Shown here: positions 9,161 through 20,117 of the stretch, one piece after another
How the letters are laid out: each line of letters opens with the position of its first letter
How positions within the stretch are numbered: position 1 is the stretch's first letter
Source: Aeropyrum pernix K1
GTDB lineage: Archaea; Thermoproteota; Thermoprotei_A; Sulfolobales; Acidilobaceae
DNA: 32,000 bases
Reading direction: 5' to 3'
Assembly (NCBI RefSeq): GCF_000011125.1
Contig: NC_000854.2
Location: 1,050,001 to 1,082,000 of the forward strand
Program-made: the position numbers and the translations under genes
The notes under the pieces: generated by a model
Told to the model about the DNA's origin: nothing
What the model saw: the letters and a program-made list of their open reading frames with translations, nothing else
Database searches by the model: none

Positions 9161-9437
9161 CCATCCTAAATACAGTCTTATGAACACCGCCACACACTTA
9201 GGCCACCCAATGCCACTGGTTTCCACCGCCCCTCCATGGAGGCGTTAAACCCCGCTGAAGCCTGAAGACAGAGGGAGGGGAAGCCAGTTAACACGATAGT
9301 CTAACGGTGAGCCCCGGTCTTACGCTTCAAGGCCGAGTAGAAGGATAAACTGTGAGACCGAAGGCCGGTGGGCATGTAAAGACTCTCCAGCTATGACCCT
9401 CTAATAACTCCCTCCCAACCCCTATAGAACACCTTAG

Positions 9438-10619
9438 GTGCGGCTCTGTATGTCCACAAGCCAAGCCATATTTCCCTGGGAAGGCGATAATGTCAGGGCT
9501 GTGAGGGAGAGTGTAAGAGAGTTTGCCGAGAAGAAGGTTGCGCCTAAAGCTAGGGAGATCGACGCCACAAACACAGTCCCCGAGAGCCTATTGAGAGAAG
9601 GGGCTGAGATGGGGTTTTTCGCGCTCCGGGTGCCTGAAGAATATGGAGGCCCGGGTCTTAGCCTTCTCGAAAGTGTTGTGGCGATCGAAGAACTCTCAAG
9701 GGCCAGCAGCGGCTACGGCTTGATAGCGGTGGTCAGCGGCTCTATGGTAGTGCACCCTATACTGAAGTTCGCCAGCGAGGAGGTGAAAGAAAAGTATCTA
9801 TCTAGGCTGGCTAAGGGCGCCATAGGCGCTTTCGCCCTCACCGAGCCGTGCTGCGGAACCGACGTCGCCTCCCTCCACATGACTACCGCCAAGAGGGAGG
9901 GCGGAGAGTATGTGGTGAGCGGGCAGAAAATCTTCATCACCAACTCCGCCTACGCAGACTTCTTCATAGTTGCCGCACGCACCGGGAAGCTAGAGGAGAG
10001 GCACAGGGGTATTTCCCTCCTGATTGTTGACAGGAGTGACTGCGTCGAGGTTTCCAAGCTGGAGATGATGGGGTACAGGGGGAGCGGGACATCTATTGTA
10101 TATTTCAACGACTGTAGAGTACCCAGTGAAAACCTAATCGGACAAGAAGGCGGCGGGTTCAAGCTGGTCATGCACACCCTCAACGAGGGGCGGATCTCGA
10201 CCAGCGCCAGCGGCCTTGGAGTCATGCAGGCTGCCTTCGACGCTGCACTGAAACACGCAGGTGAGAGGGAGAGCATGGGCAGGCCTATAATAGAGCATCA
10301 GATGGTCTCCAGCATGATAGCGGAGATGCTGGTCAGGCTAGAGACGAGCAGGCTGCTCGTCTACACTGCAGCCCACAAGCTCGACACAAACAGTCCAGAC
10401 TACATAAAGTACGCCAGCCTAGCCAAGCTTCACACAGCCACGGCTGGTGTAGATCTGGTTAGAATGGCCATGCAAGTCCTAGGAGGCATAGGCTACAGCA
10501 GGGAGAGCGATGTGGAGAGGTACTATAGAGATATAAAGATGATAGAGATAGGTGACGGCACCAACGAGGTCCAGAGAATGGTCCTCACCAAGTTCCTCCA
10601 AGGCAGGATAAGACCCTGA
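9438..10619 (+). CDS. Acyl-CoA dehydrogenase (short/branched-chain-like)
   Basis: Both ACAD signatures are present: ALTEPCCGTDVASL and QVLGGIGYSRESDVERYYRDIKMIEIGDGTNEVQR. The start is either GTG 9438 or ATG 9450. Confidence 0.9.
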   Translation: MRLCMSTSQAIFPWEGDNVRAVRESVREFAEKKVAPKAREIDATNTVPESLLREGAEMGFFALRVPEEYGGPGLSLLESVVAIEELSRASSGYGLIAVVSGSMVVHPILKFASEEVKEKYLSRLAKGAIGAFALTEPCCGTDVASLHMTTAKREGGEYVVSGQKIFITNSAYADFFIVAARTGKLEERHRGISLLIVDRSDCVEVSKLEMMGYRGSGTSIVYFNDCRVPSENLIGQEGGGFKLVMHTLNEGRISTSASGLGVMQAAFDAALKHAGERESMGRPIIEHQMVSSMIAEMLVRLETSRLLVYTAAHKLDTNSPDYIKYASLAKLHTATAGVDLVRMAMQVLGGIGYSRESDVERYYRDIKMIEIGDGTNEVQRMVLTKFLQGRIRP

Positions 10620-10647
10620 GCCCCCATGCAACTTGCTTTCTCCTATT

Positions 10648-13763
<3,116 letters not shown>

Positions 13764-13793
13764 ACCTATCTACCCCGCGTTCGAACAACAGCC

Positions 13794-13801
13794 TATATAT
13801 A
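13794..13801 (-). promoter_or_regulatory. TATA-like box (TATATATA) for the methylmalonyl-CoA mutase operon
   Basis: This palindromic AT box lies 31-38 bp upstream of the GTG start at 13763, consistent with a near-leaderless archaeal transcript. Confidence 0.4.
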
Positions 13802-13850
13802 GCTCTCCGCTCCAAACAGGTTATTATTGTCGAACTAGAACGATTATAGC

Positions 13851-14723
13851 ATGCGGCTGGATACCCTATCCAAAACCGGTGGGGGTGTACAAGAGGCGTT
13901 GAGCGGTAGCGTGAGACTCTATTCGGAGGTCCTCAATAGGGAGGTGGAGGTGCCGGAGACGCCCCGAAGGATTGTGAGCCTCAGCCCGGCTATCACCGAG
14001 ACGCTCTACATGCTCGGACTCGAGGATAGGATTGCGGGCGTTAGCGTCTACGACCATAAGCCGCCCAAGGCCAGGGAGAAGCCGAAGGTCGGGAGCTACT
14101 ATAAAGTCAACATGAAGCTTCTGGAACAGCTGAATCCAGACCTCATACTCGTGACAACAGGCGCACAGAGAAGGATACTTGAGGACCTCAGCCGACGCTA
14201 CCCAGTCTACCCCATACCCCTTCCGGTGAGCGTTTCGGGGATTATAGACCAGGCTGTCCAGGTTGGCATAGTCACCGGAGCGTTAGAGGAGGCTTCAAGG
14301 CTGGAGACCGAGCTCCTCGACAAGGCCTCTAAACTAAGAGGTGCTGGCAGGGGTTTGAGGATATACTATGAGGTTTATCTCGGCGGTCCCGTCACAGCCG
14401 GGGCCCACACCTACATATCAGACGCGTTCAGGATAGCCGGGGTAGAAACCCCCTTCATGAGTGAGAGGACCACCTGGATCTACCAGCCGCCTCCAGAGAG
14501 GATTAACAGGTTCAAACCCCAATTCATACTCTACGAGTACAGCGCCTACGCCCCAACGACGGCAGAGAAGGTGAGGGGGGAGCTGGAGGCGAGAGGCGTG
14601 GATGTTGGTAGCGCAGAGCTGGTCCTCCTAGAGCCCGATACCCTCGCTCACTACGGCCCCAGCTTTATAGACACCATGCTAGACCTCCTGAAGACCCTGA
14701 GGGATAAGGCTGGTCTAGGTTAG
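13851..14723 (+). CDS. Class III (BtuF/FhuD-like, PF01497-type) substrate-binding-fold protein without a signal peptide
   Basis: PRRIVSLSPAITETLYMLGLEDRIAGVS and NPDLILVTTG match the N-lobe motifs of cobalamin/siderophore binding proteins. The first ~40 residues are hydrophilic, with no signal peptide or lipobox. An AT-rich TTATTATT box lies at 13822-13829. Confidence 0.65.
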   Translation: MRLDTLSKTGGGVQEALSGSVRLYSEVLNREVEVPETPRRIVSLSPAITETLYMLGLEDRIAGVSVYDHKPPKAREKPKVGSYYKVNMKLLEQLNPDLILVTTGAQRRILEDLSRRYPVYPIPLPVSVSGIIDQAVQVGIVTGALEEASRLETELLDKASKLRGAGRGLRIYYEVYLGGPVTAGAHTYISDAFRIAGVETPFMSERTTWIYQPPPERINRFKPQFILYEYSAYAPTTAEKVRGELEARGVDVGSAELVLLEPDTLAHYGPSFIDTMLDLLKTLRDKAGLG

Positions 14724-15211
14724 GCGAGGGCCTTGGAGGGTAGGGACGGGTCGTAGTAGACCTTGATACCCCTGAGTCTGGCTAGAACTTCGGCCATAAA
14801 CCTTTCAACCCGACCCCATTTCTCCCCCGGTATCCTAGTCTTCCTCAGGTGCTCCAGTACCTTAGCATAGCTCCTCATCCTCTCGTTAAGAAGGGTCCAG
14901 TTCACACCGGACAGAAGCCTCTCTATCTCCTCATCCCTAGGTAGAAGACCCGCCGCCATCATGAGAGAGAGTATAGGGTACCCCACGTAACCCCTGAACC
15001 TAGTGCCATTGTCGTCGCTGTAGGCATAAACCTGTCCCGCCCCACGAGGCTCAACCACCACGAGATACTCCCTTGGCCTGCCCGAGCTAGATACTCTAGC
15101 AACCCATACACCTGCCGAACCCCCTGCTAGGATCCTAACCCTCCTGTCTCCCAGAGCGGCGGCCGCCTCGAGGACCTTAATCGCGGGAGGCCTCCTTAGC
15201 GGCTTCACCAC
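14720..15211 (-). CDS. Hypothetical protein (163 aa)
   Basis: This long ORF has coding-like composition, a GTG start and a 35-nt overlap with the upstream gene. I recognised no motif. Confidence 0.5.
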   Translation of the reverse strand: MVKPLRRPPAIKVLEAAAALGDRRVRILAGGSAGVWVARVSSSGRPREYLVVVEPRGAGQVYAYSDDNGTRFRGYVGYPILSLMMAAGLLPRDEEIERLLSGVNWTLLNERMRSYAKVLEHLRKTRIPGEKWGRVERFMAEVLARLRGIKVYYDPSLPSKALA

Positions 15212-15809
15212 CGCACGACAGCACCTCGGCTAAGTATTTAACACCACACAGTTTTGACCTTTCGAAGCAAGCGAGTATGTCGCCAGATCCCTCCCGCCAA
15301 ACAGACTCAACAGTCCTATATAGACAGTCTAGGTCGAGGAGCCCCTCCGCCACCACGCTCCTGCTAATCCTCCCCAAGAGCCTCCTAGCACCATCAATAA
15401 GACCCTCTTGCGCCTTCGCCGCGGCAGCAGCCGCGATGAGGAGGGCTCTCACACGCTCATCCCTCCCACTCCTGTAGTAGATGTCCTCAAGCGCCTCGTG
15501 CGCCTCCCAATACCTCGCCTCCCCCATTAGACCCTCAACACTCACAGGGCCGGACGCCTTCTTGTCCAAGACATAGTATATCACCTCGACGCCGTCCAGA
15601 ACCCTATCTAGCTCGCCCTCAATGCTGAGGCAGTTATGAATGGCGTCCACCTCGATATGGCTTCTGGATATCCTCACGTTGACGCTCCTCACGCACGGCA
15701 CTCTCTCCTTTATAGCTTGTTTAAGCCTCTGAGCATCCCTCCACGGCTTCAGCCCCGGGTTTGAGAGGAATAGCAGAGTACGCCTAAAAGACCCGGCCTC
15801 ACCCGCCAA
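15177..15809 (-). CDS. Hypothetical protein with a DUF309-like helical domain
   Basis: GEARYWEAHEALEDIYY...RALLIAAAAAAKAQEG resembles the DUF309 core (aromatic-x-EAHExLE). The N-terminal ~90 aa are uncharacterised. The start is TTG, since the first ATG is 95 codons in. Confidence 0.45.
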   Translation of the reverse strand: MAGEAGSFRRTLLFLSNPGLKPWRDAQRLKQAIKERVPCVRSVNVRISRSHIEVDAIHNCLSIEGELDRVLDGVEVIYYVLDKKASGPVSVEGLMGEARYWEAHEALEDIYYRSGRDERVRALLIAAAAAAKAQEGLIDGARRLLGRISRSVVAEGLLDLDCLYRTVESVWREGSGDILACFERSKLCGVKYLAEVLSCGGEAAKEASRD

Positions 15810-15833
15810 CGCCAGAACACCTAGCTAATTTAA

Positions 15834-16643
15834 CTAGCCTAGAGCAGTATCTAGATACAACATTATTATAAAGCCGGCAAAGAAGCCTACGGTAGCCAGC
15901 TTCTCATTGCCGCTCCTATGCGACTCGGGCAACGCTTCATAGCTTACAACAAACACCATGGCGCCCGCTGCAAAGGCGAGGGCCGAGGCAAGCAGCCCCG
16001 GGCTATATCCTATTAATGCTGCTACAATTGTTGCAGCCACCACTTCGCTGAAACCACTGAGCATAGCCACCAGAAGAGCCAGGTATAGGCTTCCGGAGGC
16101 TGCGAAAACTGGAAGGGAAACTGCAAGACCCTCAGGAAAGTCCTGCGTGCCTATCGCAAGGGCTACAGCCAGGCCTTCGGATATGGCGTAGGAGGCTGCC
16201 GCACCTATAGACATCCCCTCAGGCAGATTGTGTATTATTATGGCCGTCGCCACCAGCCATGCAGCTTTGACTTTTCTCCTAAACGAGGGCGGCCCCTCGT
16301 ACCCCTTGATCAGGTGCTCATGAGGTAGAATCTCGTTTATTATATACACTGCTATGGCGCCTACTATGAACGATATTATTACGATCCCGGGTCCAGAGAT
16401 TTCGAGAGCAGGTAGCAGAAGGCTTGTAAAGCTCGCAACTATCATTATCCCGCTGCTAAACCCCATCCCAACGTCTAGGAGCACGTCAAGCCTCCCGCCA
16501 TGAGTCCTCGCCGCTAGCACTAGAAATCCGCCAAGGCTTGTCATGGCAAACGCGTACAGGGATAACAGAAACGCGGCTTTAATAGGGTTTCCCCCTGCGA
16601 TGCCGCTTATCAGGCCTGCTATAACCTCTAGGACTGGAGACAC
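15834..16643 (-). CDS. ZIP-family divalent metal (zinc) transporter, ZupT-like
   Basis: This polytopic membrane protein carries HNLPEGMSIG and QDFPEGLAV, the two ZIP metal-site motifs. Its GTG start is preceded by a strong GGAGGTG (minus-strand reading of 16651-16659). Confidence 0.85.
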   Translation of the reverse strand: MSPVLEVIAGLISGIAGGNPIKAAFLLSLYAFAMTSLGGFLVLAARTHGGRLDVLLDVGMGFSSGIMIVASFTSLLLPALEISGPGIVIISFIVGAIAVYIINEILPHEHLIKGYEGPPSFRRKVKAAWLVATAIIIHNLPEGMSIGAAASYAISEGLAVALAIGTQDFPEGLAVSLPVFAASGSLYLALLVAMLSGFSEVVAATIVAALIGYSPGLLASALAFAAGAMVFVVSYEALPESHRSGNEKLATVGFFAGFIIMLYLDTALG

Positions 16644-16911
16644 TAAGTCTCACACCTCCATCCCCAGACAGTCCTGCCACGCTATCTGGAACGTTCGGGT
16701 TTACTAAGTCTGTCCTCATACACAGTTTTATAGCGAAATCCATGCTCACATTACTTAGACACTTCAAAGGCTAAAAGCTCGAGAGATCACTGCCTAATAA
16801 ATAATCCTAATTCGCTTTATGTGGACGATCCTTCCCAGCAAAACCGGGTTTGTTAACAGCCTTAGCTTTATAACTCGACTAGCCAAACTATCGGTTAGAC
16901 GGGTGCATGCA

Positions 16912-17442
16912 ATGACAGGCTGTCTGAAAATTGGTCCTGGAGATGAGGCTCCAGATGTTGTGAATGTCGTTATAGAGATACCTATGAACAGTTCTGTTAA
17001 GTACGAGTTCGACAAGGAGGCGTGTATTGTTAAGGTTGATAGGTTCCTTTACACCAGCATGGTCTACCCCTTCAACTACGGGTTCATACCAGGCACTCTA
17101 GAGGAGGACGGAGATCCTGTTGACGTTCTAGTTATTAGCCGGGAGCCCGTTGCTCCCGGCTCGCTTATAGAGGCTGTGCCCGTGGCCGTGTTAGACATGG
17201 AGGACGAGGAGGGTCCGGACAGCAAGGTTGTTGCCGTACCCAAGGCCAAGCTGGACCCCCTATTCGCCAGCTATAAGGACGTTGGCGACATACCTGATGC
17301 CCTGAAATCCAAGATAAAGCACTTCTTCGAGCACTATAAGGAGCTGGAGCCTGGAAAGTGGGTTAGAGTGACTGGATGGAGGCCTGCTGCCGATGCGAAG
17401 GAGATTATAAGGAGGGCTATAGAGAGGTATAAGGGGGCGTGA
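16912..17442 (+). CDS. ppa: Inorganic pyrophosphatase, family I
   Basis: It carries the [10 protein letters not shown] signature, YEFDKE and [12 protein letters not shown] 16912 with GGGTG upstream gives ~176 aa, the normal PPase size. The upstream 31 codons in the ORF track look non-coding. Confidence 0.9.
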   Translation: MTGCLKIGPGDEAPDVVNVVIEIPMNSSVKYEFDKEACIVKVDRFLYTSMVYPFNYGFIPGTLEEDGDPVDVLVISREPVAPGSLIEAVPVAVLDMEDEEGPDSKVVAVPKAKLDPLFASYKDVGDIPDALKSKIKHFFEHYKELEPGKWVRVTGWRPAADAKEIIRRAIERYKGA

Positions 17443-17485
17443 TGAGGGCTTAACGGCTCACGTTTTCTGGGAGAGTGTCGCACCT

Positions 17486-18244
17486 TTGAGGGCGATCACC
17501 CTCGCCAGCGTGCGTGTGCTTTTGTCTATGATTATGGCTACAGTTCTTCTAGCCGCTTTCACCGCCCCCACAGTCAATACACTTACACCTAGAGGTTCTG
17601 CGCTGTATGCTGTGGATGTAGTTGTAGTAGACGCCAGCACAGGATCTGCCCTGGGGTTCTCCCGGTTTGTCGTATCCGCCTACAGAGGGGGGGTCGGGGA
17701 TGTGGGTGTTATCTACTCTTCGGGGGTCTCAGTATCAGGGTCTAGTCTGGAAAGGCTGCTGGAGAGCCTCTACAACTCGCTAGAGGAGTGGGAGCCGAAA
17801 CCTTTCTCGGAGAGGCCTCCCATGTTTCTACTGCACGACCGTGTAGTGTATAGTGTCGACGGCATACCCTACACCTGCAAGCCAGGCAGCTACGCCACCG
17901 TTTCGTTCGTCTGGCCAACTAGAACAGGGCCTATAGCCGTTGAGGGGCACGTCCTCCTCTCCCAGGACGTAATAGCCAGCTTCTACCTAGTCTCCCAGCA
18001 GGCAGTGCTCACCCTTCCCAGGTCTGGGGAGGTGGCTATTAGGGTGGAGGTGTCGGGCTTCCTGGCAAGCTCCGACTCTCCTGTATGCGGAGAGCCCTTG
18101 ATCAGCAGTTCCGACAAGGCGGTTCTCGGCGGCTTCACGCTAGCAACAGTACTCCTAGCCCTGGCAAGCTACATACGCAGGGGAGCGCTGATAAGGGAGG
18201 CACTAGCCTCCGCTCCCTCGCCTCCGCCAGGAGGCGTCGCCTAG
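17486..18244 (+). CDS. Hypothetical membrane-anchored protein (N-terminal signal/anchor, C-terminal TM helix)
   Basis: It has an N-terminal hydrophobic segment (LLSMIMATVLLAAF) and a C-terminal TM helix (VLGGFTLATVLLALASYI followed by RRG). The start could be TTG 17486, ATG 17528 or ATG 17534. No family was recognised. Confidence 0.5.
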   Translation: MRAITLASVRVLLSMIMATVLLAAFTAPTVNTLTPRGSALYAVDVVVVDASTGSALGFSRFVVSAYRGGVGDVGVIYSSGVSVSGSSLERLLESLYNSLEEWEPKPFSERPPMFLLHDRVVYSVDGIPYTCKPGSYATVSFVWPTRTGPIAVEGHVLLSQDVIASFYLVSQQAVLTLPRSGEVAIRVEVSGFLASSDSPVCGEPLISSSDKAVLGGFTLATVLLALASYIRRGALIREALASAPSPPPGGVA

Positions 18245-18275
18245 GCGTCTAGGCTAGTCTATTTAAGCCCCCTCC

Positions 18276-18761
18276 GTGAAACACCTGAGAATCGGGCGTG
18301 ATGAGGCCTTGCCCCTAGCTCCCGCTAGAGTGCATGTTTATGCCTATGCAGGGGTAGCCCTGCTATTCCTCGCCGTTACAATAGGAGCCTTCACCAGGGC
18401 CTATGGAGCTGGCATGGGCTGCGGGCCCGACTGGCCTACCTGCAACGGAGAGATAGTACCTTTTACCAGCGATACAGCAACCCTGCTGGAATACTTCCAT
18501 AGGGTGGCGGCAGGCCTGGGCTTCGTTTTGGTATCCTACGCAGCCTACCTTGCTTTGAAGACGCCTGGGGACGTGAGCGTGAGGCTGTGGGCTATGGCAA
18601 CAGTGGTTGTCCTAGTGGCCCAGATAATACTGGGGGCGGTGGTAGTCTGGTATCACCTCAACCCGCCACTATCCGCCCTACACACAACCCTAGCCATAGT
18701 AACCGTGGCCCTAGCAACAGGGATGGCGGTTAAGCTAAGCCAATCTAGCGCCCGAAGCTAG
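18276..18761 (+). CDS. ctaA: Heme A synthase, compact four-helix variant (CtaA/COX15 family)
   Basis: GCGPDWPTCNG is the conserved Cys-pair loop of CtaA/COX15. The product has about four predicted TM helices and only ~145-161 aa, half the usual size. The start is uncertain (GTG 18276 or in-frame GTG 18330). Confidence 0.7.
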   Translation: MKHLRIGRDEALPLAPARVHVYAYAGVALLFLAVTIGAFTRAYGAGMGCGPDWPTCNGEIVPFTSDTATLLEYFHRVAAGLGFVLVSYAAYLALKTPGDVSVRLWAMATVVVLVAQIILGAVVVWYHLNPPLSALHTTLAIVTVALATGMAVKLSQSSARS

Positions 18762-18973
18762 GCTGTCCGGCCAGTCTATGAAAGAATAAGGGCGTGAAGG
18801 CCAGGATATCTAAGAAGGGTGCTGCCCCGGGGAGATCCCCGCTTCCCGGGGAGCTGTGACCCGAGGGGGGCTCCACCCTAGGCTCCACACTCCTCCAAAG
18901 CTCTCCTCTAAATATCTGACGTCACCTTTTAGCTCCGACAAGAGAGACTCTTTATATCGGTGGTGCTCCGGGT

Positions 18974-20101
18974 TTGCCTGTTAGAAGGCATATACTTGAG
19001 GACCTCCACAGGTCTCTGGGAGCTACATTCGGCGAGTTCGCGGGATGGAGTGTGCCCATGTCGTACGAGGGGACGTTGAAGGAGCATATGGCCGTGAGGC
19101 GCGAGGCCGGCATTTTCGACATTAGCCATATGGGTAGGATGATAGTGAGTGGGGAAGGGGCTACGGAGCTTCTGGAGAGGATCTACACTAAGAGGGTTTC
19201 CAAGACTAAAGTGGGGTTCATGAGCGGTCCTACGCTTGCGCTGAACGAGTATGCTAGGGTTAAGGACGACGAGATGCCCTACAGGCTTGGTGAGGAGGAG
19301 TGGCTCATAGTTCCTAACGCTGCTGTCGCCGATGCTATGCTTGAGTATTTCAGCAGCATTGCCTCCAGTATGGGGCTGAACGTCTCTATAAGGGACTTGA
19401 GAGAGAGATACGCCTTGCTAGCTCTCCAGGGTCCCGGCGCGGCGAGGGTTATGGAGGAGATGGGCGGAGGCGATCTCCTCGACCTCAAGCCTCTACAGTT
19501 TAGGGAGAATGCAGGGATAGCTGGTGTTACTGCATATATTGTCAGCAGGAGCGGCTGGACTGGGGAGGACGGTTTCGAGATAATTGCTGAGGTTGAGGCG
19601 GCTAAGAGGATATTCAAGGCGGCTGTGGAGGCAGGGGCTAAGCCCGCGGGCATAGCCGCCAGGGATACCCTTAGGATTGAGGCAGGCTTCGTACTCGGAG
19701 GACATGAGTATGGTGAGGACCCCTTGAGGTGGCCTTGCGCAGTCAGCCTCCGCTACGGTCTGGGGGCTATAGACTGGGGTAAGAAGGGTTTTGTTGGGGA
19801 GGCTGCTCTGAGGGCGTGCAGGCGAGAGGGTGTTAGGTGGATTAGAGTAGGCCTTGTTATGAAGAAGAAGTATGCTAGAATGATACCTAGAAGCGGTTAC
19901 AGGCTTTACGTAGACGATGTTGACGTTGGGTGGGTGACTAGCGGCACCTTCAGCCCTGTAATAGGAAGGGGTGTTGCACAGGCATACATAGACTCTAGAT
20001 ACGCCTACATAGGCGACACTATAGAAGTTGACGTTAGAGGCAAGAGGGGGGAGGCTAGGCTTCAGGAGTTCCCGCTAGTACCCCTAGGATCAAGAGGCTA
20101 A
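18974..20101 (+). CDS. gcvT: Glycine cleavage system T protein (aminomethyltransferase)
   Basis: The N-terminus, L..H..LGA.F.EFAGW.VPM.Y, followed by HMAVRREAGIFDISHMG, is the canonical GcvT start. The TTG start is preceded by GGTGGTG (18959-18965). Confidence 0.9.
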   Translation: MPVRRHILEDLHRSLGATFGEFAGWSVPMSYEGTLKEHMAVRREAGIFDISHMGRMIVSGEGATELLERIYTKRVSKTKVGFMSGPTLALNEYARVKDDEMPYRLGEEEWLIVPNAAVADAMLEYFSSIASSMGLNVSIRDLRERYALLALQGPGAARVMEEMGGGDLLDLKPLQFRENAGIAGVTAYIVSRSGWTGEDGFEIIAEVEAAKRIFKAAVEAGAKPAGIAARDTLRIEAGFVLGGHEYGEDPLRWPCAVSLRYGLGAIDWGKKGFVGEAALRACRREGVRWIRVGLVMKKKYARMIPRSGYRLYVDDVDVGWVTSGTFSPVIGRGVAQAYIDSRYAYIGDTIEVDVRGKRGEARLQEFPLVPLGSRG

Positions 20102-20117
20102 ACGGTGCGGAGAAGGT

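Noticed and set aside
9119-9226. An N-terminal 36-codon extension of E1alpha (METSGIGWPKCVAVFIRLYLGW...).
   Set aside because: The extension is a hydrophobic, non-conserved-looking peptide encoded by an AT-rich patch containing a TATA-like box. MSKTGLID at 9118 is a more plausible start.
13780-13800. A GTTCGAA T-loop-like motif that suggested a tRNA.
   Set aside because: No acceptor, D or anticodon stems can be built around it. It sits in a promoter spacer.
16819-16911. An N-terminal 31-codon extension of pyrophosphatase, and the overlapping 73-aa minus-strand ORF at 16794-17015.
   Set aside because: This is an AT-rich, promoter-like region. The PPase family size and the GGGTG SD favour ATG 16912, and the minus-strand ORF has no support.
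17436-17500. A C/D-box sRNA candidate: GTGATGA (C-box-like) at the ppa stop codon.
   Set aside because: There is no CUGA D box at the expected ~50-60 nt distance, no C'/D' boxes and no complementary terminal stem. A similar GTGATGA at 18298 lies inside the ctaA ORF with no D box.
18762-18973. A possible glycine riboswitch upstream of gcvT.
   Set aside because: Glycine riboswitches are bacterial. I could not find the conserved tandem aptamer core, and the organism appears to be archaeal.
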